This document shows, one piece after another, positions 42,462 to 53,339 of a stretch of DNA of 64,000 nucleotides (positions are counted from its first letter, which is position 1; the number at the start of each line of letters is the position of its first letter). The stretch is from NCBI GenBank assembly GCA_000004985.1, contig GG738884.1. One strand, written 5' to 3'. This stretch comes from Naegleria gruberi (taxonomy: Eukaryota). Both the position numbers and the translations under genes were made by a program. Under the pieces are notes generated by a model that was not told the origin of the DNA, searched no databases, and saw nothing but the letters and a program-made list of their open reading frames with translations.

Positions 42462-44264
42462 TTAAAATATGCCATACTTTCCAGGAGAGAGAATATTATT
42501 AGGATCAAGCGTTTTCTTTAAAGTTTGAAGAAGAGGTGGAACTGCATTATTGTCTTGTAACCAATTGACTGATTGAATTCCCAATCTGTATGGAACGTAG
42601 CCCAGTTTTTGACCTGCGTTCATTAGTTCATGATAGCACACTTGTGCACGTTTCATTTCTTCCTCATTATTTCTATCAAATAATAGAGGAATAGTACCAA
42701 CGCAACATCTATCCGAAAGACTGGTCAAAGTCATGAGTGGTTCAGTTTTGTGTTTCTTACAAATTTCATTGACCATTGAGGTGAATGAGTTCAAGTCTTG
42801 AGGAGTGATTGGTATGAGTGGATTGTACCAAATAATACCAGCTCCATCTTTGGATGGATTCCAAGGTTTATCTGTTGGTCTTTCACCTGATTTCCAATAA
42901 GCAATACGAAGACCAGTTTCATTTGGAATACCAGAAAATAACTCTAAAGATTTGGAAAGAACATTCGCATAGGTTGCCAAGTGTGTCTTGTTCACAATTG
43001 GAATTTGGTTTAAAAAGCTGGAAGTGGAGTGGACGAAATTGGCAGAAAGAAAGATATTTCTCTTACTTCCATACCTTCTCAAAATCTTCTTGATATCACT
43101 TCTTGCAGCTTTGATCACTGCAGAACTGCCATACAAATTACCAACTCCGTTCCATGCTGTGAATTGATTCTTCTTACAGAACGAATCAATATACGATTGT
43201 GGTAGCATTCCATCGACTGCTTGATCTTTCGGATAAGGCCCAGCCATAGGCACCATGGCATAGTTATTGATTAGTTTTACAGAACCAATAATTCCATTAG
43301 AACATCTCAAGATTTCTTTGGAAGCAGAAACAGCATTCGAAAGGTCATCAAAAAAGAAGAAGAAACTTTCAACCTTTTCTGGTTTAGGATACAAGGCAAT
43401 CGACATCTTGGTTACAATTCCCAAATTACTTTGAGAAAACAAACCCTCCAAATAAGGACCAGTTTGCCATTTGTAAAGTGTGGAAACATGTTTCCCGCCC
43501 ATTTTGTCCAACATGGATTCATGGACATTACCTGTTGGTAACACAATTCTCATACTTGTAGCAGCACCAAAATGATCAATGTATGGTGAGATTCCATATC
43601 CTCTTTCCAGAGCATTGGAAAGTAAACTACATGTTGGACCAGCACCAGTAACAGGAACTGTATAGTCAAGATTCCTTTCTTGTAAATAATCCAAAAGTTG
43701 TTGTTGAGTAACACCTGGTTCGACATGTGCAACACCATTTTCTTCATCCATATCTAATCTTGTCATTTTACTCATCTTTAACAAGACAGTTCTTTGATTA
43801 GTGGCAGGAAGAGCTGAGCCATAACCCCAATTCTGACCAGAACTGACAGGATTTAAAGGTACTTGATATCTGTTGGCTATCTTGACAATCTGAACAACCT
43901 GATCATGACTTGTTGGATAAACAATAGCTGGAACGTTTCGAATATTTCCAGAGCAATCAGCAAGCTCTCTCGAAAGACTTTCCTCATCTGTTGCCACATT
44001 AGTTGCACCAACAATAGAACGAAAGTGTTCCAGAGCTCTTGCCAACAAAATATCACCATTCGTCAAAGAGTCTTTGTTAGTAATCTTGAGTGAAGCTTGC
44101 TCGACATGTGAAAGCTCTTCTTTGACTTTCAATGGAGAATGAGTAATAATAGAAGATGAAGAATAGAAAGAGAGTGTATTAGGTGAAGTATTATTGGTAA
44201 AAGAACCAATGAACAACAACTTATTCTTATGGACATTCGCTAATTGATTTCGAATAGTTTTCAT
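42462..44264 (-). CDS. FAD-linked oxidoreductase, PCMH-type FAD-binding domain (VAO / D-lactate dehydrogenase family), probably mitochondrial
   Basis: 600-aa ORF with a basic N-terminal presequence-like leader. The FAD_binding_4-type block reads VPLNPVSSGQNWGYGSALP...VLLKMSKMTRLDMDEENGVAHVEPGVTQQQLLDYL...VPVTGAGPTCSLLSNALERGYG. A C-terminal oxidase domain follows. Confidence 0.75.
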   Translation of the reverse strand: MKTIRNQLANVHKNKLLFIGSFTNNTSPNTLSFYSSSSIITHSPLKVKEELSHVEQASLKITNKDSLTNGDILLARALEHFRSIVGATNVATDEESLSRELADCSGNIRNVPAIVYPTSHDQVVQIVKIANRYQVPLNPVSSGQNWGYGSALPATNQRTVLLKMSKMTRLDMDEENGVAHVEPGVTQQQLLDYLQERNLDYTVPVTGAGPTCSLLSNALERGYGISPYIDHFGAATSMRIVLPTGNVHESMLDKMGGKHVSTLYKWQTGPYLEGLFSQSNLGIVTKMSIALYPKPEKVESFFFFFDDLSNAVSASKEILRCSNGIIGSVKLINNYAMVPMAGPYPKDQAVDGMLPQSYIDSFCKKNQFTAWNGVGNLYGSSAVIKAARSDIKKILRRYGSKRNIFLSANFVHSTSSFLNQIPIVNKTHLATYANVLSKSLELFSGIPNETGLRIAYWKSGERPTDKPWNPSKDGAGIIWYNPLIPITPQDLNSFTSMVNEICKKHKTEPLMTLTSLSDRCCVGTIPLLFDRNNEEEMKRAQVCYHELMNAGQKLGYVPYRLGIQSVNWLQDNNAVPPLLQTLKKTLDPNNILSPGKYGIF

Positions 44265-44472
44265 TTTGTTTTTTAAATTGATTGCAAAGAGTTCACTGGT
44301 GTGAGCACTCTATCCCAACAAAAACACAAAATGATTCAAACAAATTCATTTGAGATGGCTATACTGGAATGTTTACAATATTTTTCATTGGTTGAGTAAT
44401 TGATCTTGTGCACAGCATTGGGAAACCTAATCCTTTCCGGTATTTTGAACAAGATTTTCTCATGAGACTTCT

Positions 44473-44522
44473 NNNNNNNNNNNNNNNNNNNNNNNNNNNN
44501 NNNNNNNNNNNNNNNNNNNNNN
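44473..44522. other. Assembly gap (run of 50 N)
   Basis: Literal n characters in the sequence. It interrupts the 5' end of the gene at 44523..46122. Confidence 1.
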
Positions 44523-46122
44523 GTCACAAAAACACAACATTCTCCTCATCTTTCGTCGATTTGTAAGTTTCGGCGGGTGTGCCTTCTGCAATAGACGAAT
44601 GGTAGAGTTGATGGAATTTTACAGATCGCTCACACAGTTGAACATTGTACCAATTGTTGTTTATCCGGAAACTGAGGAAAGAGGAGAAGATTTTTTCAAT
44701 TCTGTAAGTTTACTACTGTTCAATGTTCAATAATATTAAATATTAAATACTATATTTACAATAATAATTAACTATTACTATTGAATATTTAACAACTTAC
44801 AAAAAAAATATTTAAAGTGGGAAATTCCCGAAATTTCATCACTCATTCGCGTTCCCGATCCAAACAATGAATTCGCCACTGTTTTTGATATTTACTCCGG
44901 CTCAGTTTCCAAAAAAGTAATCCTGACCTATCTCATTCCACAACTACTACTCACCAAAATGGATGGATTCTCACAGGAACGTAAGAAGAGGGATGAATAC
45001 CATGGGAAAAGTTTCTACATTCGACCTGCAATGTTTCTGATTAGGAGAGGGAAGGTCATCCATTCGTGGCGATTGAATTATGCCGATCATTGTCCTAAGG
45101 TTTTGGAAGAAATTGTTTTGAAATTGGATTTGAAAAGTGGTGGAGGTGATGATTTGGAAAGTTTGAAAATGAATGAGAAAAATGTTGTGAAAATTGAAAG
45201 TAAGAAAGTTATTGGAAAGGAAGAAGAGATGTTGAATGAAGTTTCTAATGAAAATGAAACAAGGAAGGAAGAATGTCAAAATGTAATAATGGAAATGGAA
45301 TTGAAAGAATGTGAATCTCAAATCAAGGAACAAATTCAAATGGAAGAAACTAAACTTGACGAATCTACCCTTCAAACCATTGAAATTTCCACACAAATCG
45401 ACATGCCAATCATTGACACTTCTAGAGAAATTCCAATCTACAAGAGAAAACAAGCAAGCTCATCATTGGAAATAATCACACCAACTGAAAAGAAGGAAAA
45501 TGAAAAAATTCAAACAATCAAAGCAAAGAAATCTCTCCAACCTAAATATTCCTGTTTTGGAAATCGAAATGTGGTAGGAGATTCGGATTTGAACATGTTG
45601 GTAGTTTTGGAAAATCCGAAACTTCGTAAATATTTCAAACTGTTTGCACATATGGAATTTAATATTGAGAATATTCTATTTTGGGAAGAAGTTAATACTC
45701 ACTACAAGCCAATTGCTTCATTTTCCAAATTTGACAAGACGAAATCAATTGCTACAAGTATTGGAAACCTTTTCCTATTCGATTCTCATTCAGTCATGCA
45801 CGTAAATACTTCGGATAAATTAAGGGAACAAGTAAGGGAACAAATTCAATTTCATTTCGAATCAAAATCCATTACTGAACTATTACCATCGAAATATAGA
45901 GTTAATAGATCATTAGAAGACACTGCTGTCGATCCACTTTCGAATACACCAGAAGAATCTGACAACATTTCACAACTTTCAATTGCTGATCGATTTAATG
46001 AAACAGTTACTGGAATATTTGATCCCATCATTAACGAAATGTTATCCTCTTCCATACAGGACATGTTTTTAAGATTCAGGACAAGTGATTTATTCTCCCA
46101 AATGATTTCTTCAGTAAAATAA
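44523..46122 (+). CDS. Thioredoxin-fold (PRXL2/AhpC-TSA_2-like, CxxC) :: RGS-domain fusion protein. The 5' end is lost in the gap. Exons are 44523..44703 and 44818..46122.
   Basis: The frame is open from the gap edge: ...ILLIFRRFVSFGGCAFCNRRMVELMEFYRSL, which resembles the PRXL2 motif VLFVRRPGCVLCREEA. A GTAAGT donor lies at 44704 and acceptor tttaaag at 44817. The thioredoxin fold continues (YHGKSFYIRPAMFLIRRGKVIHSW), followed by an acidic linker and an RGS domain (LENPKLRKYFKLFAHMEFNIENILFWEEVNTHYKP...FDPIINEMLSSSIQDMFLRFRTSDLF). Confidence 0.6.
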
Positions 46123-46212
46123 ATCTACAGATTTTTGGTCAACTAATCCAACATGATTACTATATGATTTTTATACACTTTGGTTACAATGAGTAGAGTG
46201 TTATGTGTAGTA

Positions 46213-46245
46213 GAACATGGAAACATGGAAAACATGGAAACATCC
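46213..46245. repeat. Short tandem repeat (AACATGG / AAACATGG units, ~4.5 copies) in the 3' flank of the RGS gene
   Basis: Read directly: gaacatggaaacatggaaaacatggaaacatcc. Confidence 0.5.
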
Positions 46246-46657
46246 ACAAGAAGAACAAGCTGGTACTCACTAGTTTCGTATTGACCTTATGGTTTCACAT
46301 TTTGTAATAAAAAAGTTTTAACAAGTTGCGTTTTCAAAGGTATTACAATCCAAAAGAGTGAGGTGAATGGATATTGTTATTTCGATTTCCTTATGTCGTT
46401 CATAATCATGAAATGTCATGATTATTTTTTTTATTGACATGTAAATGGTTCCAGTTGGGTTAATCGATGTTTCGAACAATATTGAGAGATTACCTCTTGA
46501 ATGTAGCTACAATTCATGATAAATCAGCTTCCATTACAAATATTCGTGAGCCTCTCCCGTGATTTTGATTTGCTTTTTTGGAGTATTACATATTGTTTCG
46601 AATAGTTTCCACAAGTTATAATAAAAATCAAGAAAAAATAGAGTAACAACAATAATA

Positions 46658-48415
46658 ATGGATATACTCAAAGCCAAACTCAATCCTCAACATGCTGGCA
46701 TGCTGCTTAGAGACCAGGTGTTAAAAACAGACAAGGAATGGAATGTCCTCCCATCAGATTCGAATAACATTCCTTACTATTTCTTCTGGTTGATGAATCC
46801 TGATAATCAAGCAGCCGCTCAACTGCAACATCGCTTACTCATCAAACAAGCAACTACTCCACAAGAACTCTCTTATAACTCTCTATTAGAAACTCTAAAC
46901 GATAGAGATGACATTTACCATGATGAACAAGATTGGTTTCAGAGAGAATTATACGATTTAGATGTTCAGAAGGAGAATCTCAATGAATACTTTTACTACT
47001 TTCAAAAGCATACGACTAAGAGTATGTTGAAGGTGCATGAAAACGTTCATGATAGATGGGCACAGTTTTCTCGAGTGGTTAGGGAACCAACAGCAAACGA
47101 AAGTCAACTAAACATATTCGAAACCTCAAAATTCACTCCCATGCAAAGTATGAATAATAGATCCCACTTTATTGTTGCGCTGAAGATATTGGACACTGAA
47201 TATCATGCACAGAATCCTACAATGCCACCAAAATATAACTCTGTTGGTCATGTTGCCTTCTCTGTAAAAGATCTATACATTGATGGGAAAGTTTACAAAG
47301 TTGGGTTGGCTGGTTCTGGATGGTGTGCTCAGAAATACCGTACCCAATGTCCATCTATCAAGTTTAGTGCATGGTTTATGAAGATTCTAATGATGATTCA
47401 CATGAATATTCGTTACTGCTATGCCCATGTCTTTGCTGAAAATTCGAAAAGTTTCGGTTACATTGCAAAGAGTGGAATGGCTGCAACAAGATTTCGTTTA
47501 AAGTATTTAGGTTTCAATTTGAGTTTAGAAGATCATGTCAACATTTCTTCCTTTGACTCTCAAAAACAATTGCAAAACAAGGCAACTCCTCAATTGACCG
47601 ATCTTCACAAGGTCCAATCTTTGGAAGAATACAAAACTCTGATGGACAAAATCTATGGGAAATCCAATTTCCTCATCACACACTTGGACAACATCTTTTA
47701 CCATCCATTCTTTGCTGGATGTTTCATTGACGAGAAGGCACAAGCTTCCTTCCAAGTATGGAAATGTAAATATGCCACCGATCAAAAGACAAACACTCAA
47801 ATTCCAGCATTCATCATCTTTAACACTGTACATTTATCACAATGTGATATTCCACTCACTTCTCAACAAGGTGATCAACTCATGCACTCCATTCGTGAGT
47901 CACTCATTCCACAACTTGTCAAACAAGATACCAAACTTGTCAATTTAGCATTTGCCACTCATGGCGGATCCATTTATCAATATCTATTGAGAAATTACTC
48001 CCATTTAGAGAGTATTTCATTTGCCTCATTGTACTATACCTTTCAGGATAACTTTAAATTGGCTGGCTTGACTAAGAGAGCTCAGCAAACATCTCTTGAT
48101 CCAGTTTCGAAATTCCTCATGCCATCTCAACAAGATTCTAATGAAGAAGAAGCAACAGGTCAACAAGAACAACATATGGAGAGGAATCTCTTTTTGGATA
48201 TCAGAGATTGCACTGGTAAGCCAATGGTATGGTCGGAGGAAATTAAGGAAACTGAGATGGCCACAATCAAACATGTTTCATTGTCTGCATCTGGCATTGT
48301 TGATAGAACAGCAAGACTTGCTGATCAATTGGCTACTAGTAAGAGTACTCCTCCTCCTCCAATTGCTGTATCTTCTCCATTCACTTCACATTCATTGTTT
48401 GCCTCCAAATTGTAA
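46658..48415 (+). CDS. Hypothetical protein, 585 aa
   Basis: ORF with ATG at 46658 and a C-terminal PPPP/S-rich tail. No domain recognised from the sequence. Confidence 0.5.
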   Translation: MDILKAKLNPQHAGMLLRDQVLKTDKEWNVLPSDSNNIPYYFFWLMNPDNQAAAQLQHRLLIKQATTPQELSYNSLLETLNDRDDIYHDEQDWFQRELYDLDVQKENLNEYFYYFQKHTTKSMLKVHENVHDRWAQFSRVVREPTANESQLNIFETSKFTPMQSMNNRSHFIVALKILDTEYHAQNPTMPPKYNSVGHVAFSVKDLYIDGKVYKVGLAGSGWCAQKYRTQCPSIKFSAWFMKILMMIHMNIRYCYAHVFAENSKSFGYIAKSGMAATRFRLKYLGFNLSLEDHVNISSFDSQKQLQNKATPQLTDLHKVQSLEEYKTLMDKIYGKSNFLITHLDNIFYHPFFAGCFIDEKAQASFQVWKCKYATDQKTNTQIPAFIIFNTVHLSQCDIPLTSQQGDQLMHSIRESLIPQLVKQDTKLVNLAFATHGGSIYQYLLRNYSHLESISFASLYYTFQDNFKLAGLTKRAQQTSLDPVSKFLMPSQQDSNEEEATGQQEQHMERNLFLDIRDCTGKPMVWSEEIKETEMATIKHVSLSASGIVDRTARLADQLATSKSTPPPPIAVSSPFTSHSLFASKL

Positions 48416-48582
48416 CATTCTTCCGATAATAATAATTATTATTATACTATTATTATAATAATACTCATCATTAAAATCATGTAAATATTATATTAATATT
48501 GTTAGTAATATATTATTTAATTCCGATAATAAATACTAAAATCATCATCATCAATAAATTAATTTAATTTAACAAAATTGGT

Positions 48583-49068
48583 TTAATTGAAACCCAACAA
48601 TTCAATTTCAAAAACAAGAGTAGAATTTGGTGGAATGCTTGGAGGTGCACCTCTTTGACCATATCCATAAGTTGAATCCAATTCAAAGATACTCTTTTCT
48701 CCGACCTTCATTGAAAGACAAGCATGTTCCCATCCACTAATAACTTGATGAGCACCTAATTTGAATTCAAAAGGTTGATTTCTAGTACGAGAGCTATCAA
48801 ATTGAGCACCTGTTGATTTAAGAGTTCCTACATAATGAACACTGACTGTATTTCCGTTTGATGGAGAAGCAGCATCATCCTTTGCAGCAGTGATAATCTT
48901 CTTCTTTACCAATCCGTCTTGAGTCAAAGAAATCCACAAAGCAGCCTTCTTTTGTTCCTTTGCATCCTTCTTCTTTTGTTTTTGTTCATTCTTCTTGGCC
49001 ATATCTTGCAAGAACTTTAAATCATCATCATTTTGCTTTTTTGTTGTTGGGGCCTTCTTGTTGGTCAT
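48583..49068 (-). CDS. FKBP-type peptidyl-prolyl cis-trans isomerase with a Lys-rich N-terminal extension (FKBP25/nucleolar Fpr-like)
   Basis: The C-terminal 105 aa read GNTVSVHYVGTLKSTGAQFDSSRTRNQPFEFKLGAHQVISGWEHACLSMKVGEKSIFELDSTYGYGQRGAPPSIPPNSTLVFEIELLGF, the canonical FKBP fold signature. The N-terminal region is KKQNDDDLKFLQDMAKKNEQKQKKKDAKEQKK. Confidence 0.85.
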   Translation of the reverse strand: MTNKKAPTTKKQNDDDLKFLQDMAKKNEQKQKKKDAKEQKKAALWISLTQDGLVKKKIITAAKDDAASPSNGNTVSVHYVGTLKSTGAQFDSSRTRNQPFEFKLGAHQVISGWEHACLSMKVGEKSIFELDSTYGYGQRGAPPSIPPNSTLVFEIELLGFN

Positions 49069-49290
49069 TTTTTTTAAATATTAATTTTCAATTTTTTAAA
49101 AATAGAAATTTCACGATTTCCTTCAGAATTTTTCAATCTTTTCATGAATTTTATTAAGGTGATAATCTGTTCGAAACGATTGATCTATTGGTTGTATCAA
49201 TTCTCAAAGGAACAATTACATGGAGGAAATCAAGTTACAATAGAAATTTAGTTTACTTTCAATTTATTGTGAATTAGAAAATGAGAAACC

Positions 49291-49752
49291 TTAATAAACT
49301 GGCCGTATTTGGCGACCATCATCAATGTTTGAATTGTTGAGAAGTGAATCATTCAGAGAAGATTTTTCATTCTTCTCCAAATCCTTCTTCTTTTCACTAG
49401 CTCTCTTTTTACATCGATCTGAAATTTTAATAAAACTAAAGAGAAGCATAGTTGAAAAACAACAACATGAGCATACGAGAATTACTGAACAAGTAATTAT
49501 TTCATCAACATTATATTGTATCTGGTGAGAATAGTAAATTCCATACGCTGAACCTCCAACTAGTGCCATTGCAATTAGAAGCGCAAGAATGAAAAAGCAA
49601 TAAAGTACTGAGGGTGGTAATGGTCGAACTGTTACGGGGGGAAGTTGTCGAGCTGGGACAACTGGCTCGTAGACCTCCTCTACTCTATGGACTGTGATAA
49701 TGTAATTTCCTTTCTTGATTACTGACATTTTTTTATGTGATTTGAATTGCAA
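49291..49752 (-). CDS. Small membrane protein (hypothetical)
   Basis: ORF with one strong TM helix (LYCFFILALLIAMALVGGSAYGIYY), a second Cys-rich hydrophobic stretch (SVILVCSCCCFSTMLLFSF) and an acidic/Ser tail. Confidence 0.35.
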   Translation of the reverse strand: MQFKSHKKMSVIKKGNYIITVHRVEEVYEPVVPARQLPPVTVRPLPPSVLYCFFILALLIAMALVGGSAYGIYYSHQIQYNVDEIITCSVILVCSCCCFSTMLLFSFIKISDRCKKRASEKKKDLEKNEKSSLNDSLLNNSNIDDGRQIRPVY

Positions 49753-49981
49753 GTAAGAATAACCAACTATTTTAAACCTCTGCAGACGAAACGTGATTTC
49801 TCAAAATAGATAATGCCATAACGTGATTTGAATTATGAATTTGAATATTAGAATCTCTTTTCATTCATTAGTTGATGATGACAATTCATATTGTGTAAGA
49901 TCAAATCTGAAAACAAGTTTATGTGTATTTTTTAAGGGTTGTGTGTACAATATTTACAGTAAAGGTAAGAAGTTTAGTTTT

Positions 49982-51370
49982 TTACCTGTAGAATGATGTG
50001 ACCATGTCAGTAACAGAATCCTCATAAACTCCAATAATGTGCATGAGAATGATACCAGCAGTGACGCTTCCAATGGCATAGTAGAGCTTGGTTGGGAAAT
50101 CAGAAGTTTGAGCATCCTTATGAACCTTCTTTTCAGTCTTTTCATCTTCGTTTTTAATTTCTGGAACGGCCACTAATTCACTACTTTCCACTAATTGATC
50201 CAAGATTATTGGAATCATGGATGTGGCAATGTACATAAAACTACCAGCACTCAAAGCAACCAGATGCTTTTCATTAATAAACAAAAATTCAAATCCATGA
50301 TCAGATGTCAAAATTAATCCAAATAAGCAACCAACAACTGACAAGACTCCACTCAGGAAATTGAAGAATAGAGCCTTCTTTACACTAAATCCAGCACTCA
50401 ATAAAATTCCATAATCTGACAATTCTTGTGGAATTTCATGCATACAAATACACAAAACATTGGCAATACCAACAGGAATTGAAACTTGAAAAGCACCTGC
50501 AATTCCTGCACCATCCATAAAATTGTGAATACCATCTCCAATCAAATTGATCCATCCTACTGCCTTAATATGAGAATGACCGTGGTGGTGAGAGTGTCCT
50601 CCTAATTTCACCTCATTGGCCTTCTCCTTCTTTTCCTCTCTCCTTTGACGAACTCTGAGATAGACCTCAATCAACAAACACAAGATGAATCCAAATAATA
50701 TGACAAATGAGTGACCAGAAGCTTCCAAATTATGAACATGTTTTCCTCCACTGCCATGACTGTGACCACTATCATGGCTGTGTTCTTCCGAAGCATAGAG
50801 AATTGGCAACAAGTGCAAGAAACAATCTCCTAACAAGGATCCAACAGCCAAACAACTCAATATAAATTGTAAATTACTCATTGTTGCACCATTCTCTTGT
50901 CCTCTAATACCATAAAACAGTAAACTAGCCCCAACAAAAGACAATAAAGAAACTCCAAAGGAACTTCCCAACGAATACATCCAAATCGATAATTTAGAAG
51001 GTTGATGTTGTTGCTTTTCTTCATGAAGGTTGTGATCATGGTGATGATGATCTCCTTCCTTGTGTATTTCTTTTGTTTCCAATAAATGTCGATGAATTTG
51101 CTGATGTTTTTCATTGTTATTATTTGTATTAACTTCCTTGTGCTCATAATGATGCTCGTGATGCTCATGTTCGTGATGATGCTGGCACTTGTGTTTCTCC
51201 GAAGAGTGTTGTTTATGATGATGGTGATGAGATCCATGAGCATTCACGAGTGAAGATTCGTAATGATGAAAATTTAATAACAACAAGCTCGCCACCAACA
51301 CAACTCCCATCAGCAATAACAAGACGGCTGAGAATCTTCGTGGCCGCTTCTGTTGTTGTATTAAAGACAT
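49982..51370 (-). CDS. ZIP (SLC39) family zinc transporter, LIV-1-like with His-rich loops
   Basis: The signature HEIPQELSDYG matches the ZIP HExPHExGD motif. There are eight predicted TM helices. The extracellular N-terminus and cytoplasmic loop are His-rich (HGSHHHHHKQH..., GHSHHHGHSH). Confidence 0.85.
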   Translation of the reverse strand: MSLIQQQKRPRRFSAVLLLLMGVVLVASLLLLNFHHYESSLVNAHGSHHHHHKQHSSEKHKCQHHHEHEHHEHHYEHKEVNTNNNNEKHQQIHRHLLETKEIHKEGDHHHHDHNLHEEKQQHQPSKLSIWMYSLGSSFGVSLLSFVGASLLFYGIRGQENGATMSNLQFILSCLAVGSLLGDCFLHLLPILYASEEHSHDSGHSHGSGGKHVHNLEASGHSFVILFGFILCLLIEVYLRVRQRREEKKEKANEVKLGGHSHHHGHSHIKAVGWINLIGDGIHNFMDGAGIAGAFQVSIPVGIANVLCICMHEIPQELSDYGILLSAGFSVKKALFFNFLSGVLSVVGCLFGLILTSDHGFEFLFINEKHLVALSAGSFMYIATSMIPIILDQLVESSELVAVPEIKNEDEKTEKKVHKDAQTSDFPTKLYYAIGSVTAGIILMHIIGVYEDSVTDMVTSFYR

Positions 51371-51710
51371 TTTTTTGTAATTTAATATTTATTATAATTT
51401 AATTTATTATTAATATTGATAAGGTCCTAAATTGAACTCTTAGTAGCATTCGTAGTCACCCTTAATATAGTTGTTGGTTTTGCTATTGGAAATCTGTAAA
51501 TGCAAAGCAACTAGAGTAATTAAACAAGTTGGTTGAACCCAATTACTTTATTGGATGTGGTGTTATTGGAACGGATGAGATTTTAGTTGCGATCCAAAAA
51601 TTGATACTTTCCATTTAATAACAGCTTTGACATTTGCAACTTTTATGGATCAAAGGGAGAAAATATGAAATTAGATTGAGTGAACCTTGTAAATACTAAA
51701 CAACAAATAA

Positions 51711-53339
51711 ATGATGCAAGTTCATCAAAAAAAAATGCAAGATTTATCCATTCTCATTCCACCAGAATTATGGCGAACTGTTTATTCATTCCTCAACACA
51801 CCATATCGACCACATTTTGAAAGAGTCAATCTCCTATTCAGATCTTTATGTCTCGAAGAGGAAAGAAGAGAAATCAATGAAATATTTCAACTCCACAATA
51901 GGTATTTGTTAAAGCCACTATGTGAAGCACCTGTTGCAGAGGAAAAGATTAGAAAAATTGAAGAAATGATTCAGAGAAAGATTCCTTTCCACTTGAGAGA
52001 ATTTATTAAAGTATCGGATGGAAGAATCAAGACTATTAGAAGAAGAGAAATGCCTTCAGTGATTAATATGTCTCCTCATTGGAGTAATTGCTTGTATAGT
52101 TTTGATAATTGGTGTTTTTCTGGAAGATTTTTGACAATTTCAACTTTTCACAAACAAAAAACAGAGTTTCGTATTGACTTGGAGAATGGGAAAGTAGAAA
52201 CTTGTTCAAACTCATGTAGAGAAGGGATTTCTGTAAAGGAGTGGTTGAAGATGAGCTTTGATTGTTCAAGAACTATTAATCCATTTAATATTGACAAGCT
52301 ATGTCATGAATCGAATAGAAATGATCTGAAATCAATTTTAAGACATTGTGGGTATTTATTTGAAATATTACCAGAAAATCTCAGAAAAGATAGAGAACTT
52401 GTAAAAAGTGCTTTAGTTTCGTCCAATTTACCTTTCCGATTAACCAGCAAAGAGATTGCAGATGACACTGAATTAGTGAGATGGTATTTCGAGAATGGAA
52501 ACACTAAATTTCAATATCTTTCAGATAAGTTTCGACAAGATAAGAATCTAATACTCAAATATTCCAAAGAATGGGAAGATGCTCATGAATCCCTTTACAC
52601 CGATACGGAAATATTATTGCACTATTTAAAGACGAGTAGACAGAGAATAGTTCCAGAGTTGAAAACTCTCTCAGAAGATTTGATTATTGAAGCCACCAAA
52701 TATGGAAAAGAAGTTAACATTGACAATTGCTTTTCTAATGAGCTTGTTCTAAAGATGTTGGAATATACAACACCCAAGGAAAGAAGTTTACTTGGAAAGA
52801 ATCTCAAAAACCATGAAAAGAGCCTTGATGAGAGAGTTCTGAAAAGACTTTTTGAAGTGAATCCAATTTTTGTGTGTCTCAATTTTGAAAATGAGAATTT
52901 CAAGTTGACAAAAGAACAACTATTACTTGACTTGACTGAATTGGGAGAAAACTTTAAGAATCTTCCTTATCAATGGAGAATGGATAGAGAGGTAGCAAGA
53001 GCAGCCACTCAAAAACAGTTTTATAATTACATATATCTTGATAATGAATTGGCAAATGACATTGAATTCCTGGCACCAATTCTTGAAAATGCAAAAATTC
53101 CACTTTCATTGCCACAACAATATTTCAATCAATTACTTCGAGTTATTAATAAGGATGAGGAAATATTGAGGAAGATACTAACCAATAATCCATCATTACT
53201 TGCTCATACTCCCAATTTGGATGAGGAATTTGTTAATTCTTTGGATTTTAAATATTGTAGTGGAAGATTTATTGAAATCTTGCAAAGGACTAGTTTCGAA
53301 CAATATTGCGAGCACTACAAGCAAAATTATGATTATTGA
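51711..53339 (+). CDS. Hypothetical protein with an F-box-like N-terminus and repeated ~35-aa helical repeats (possibly DUF4116-like)
   Basis: The N-terminus LSILIPPELWRTVYSFLNTPYRP is F-box-like. Repeats of the form LPENLRKDRELVKSALVSSNLPF... / LPYQWRMDREVARAATQKQ recur. The family call is weak. Confidence 0.4.
   Translation: MMQVHQKKMQDLSILIPPELWRTVYSFLNTPYRPHFERVNLLFRSLCLEEERREINEIFQLHNRYLLKPLCEAPVAEEKIRKIEEMIQRKIPFHLREFIKVSDGRIKTIRRREMPSVINMSPHWSNCLYSFDNWCFSGRFLTISTFHKQKTEFRIDLENGKVETCSNSCREGISVKEWLKMSFDCSRTINPFNIDKLCHESNRNDLKSILRHCGYLFEILPENLRKDRELVKSALVSSNLPFRLTSKEIADDTELVRWYFENGNTKFQYLSDKFRQDKNLILKYSKEWEDAHESLYTDTEILLHYLKTSRQRIVPELKTLSEDLIIEATKYGKEVNIDNCFSNELVLKMLEYTTPKERSLLGKNLKNHEKSLDERVLKRLFEVNPIFVCLNFENENFKLTKEQLLLDLTELGENFKNLPYQWRMDREVARAATQKQFYNYIYLDNELANDIEFLAPILENAKIPLSLPQQYFNQLLRVINKDEEILRKILTNNPSLLAHTPNLDEEFVNSLDFKYCSGRFIEILQRTSFEQYCEHYKQNYDY

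Noticed and set aside
44336-44527. ORF translated through the N-run (MXXXXXXXXXXXXXXXXXX...)
   Set aside because: It runs through the assembly gap. The X residues are Ns, so it is not a real coding sequence.
44564-44569. GTAAGT followed 26 nt later by AATAG inside the PRXL2-like exon, which looks like a mini-intron
   Set aside because: Removing it destroys the downstream frame (TGA after 30 codons) and deletes the conserved CxxC. The hexamer simply encodes Val-Ser.
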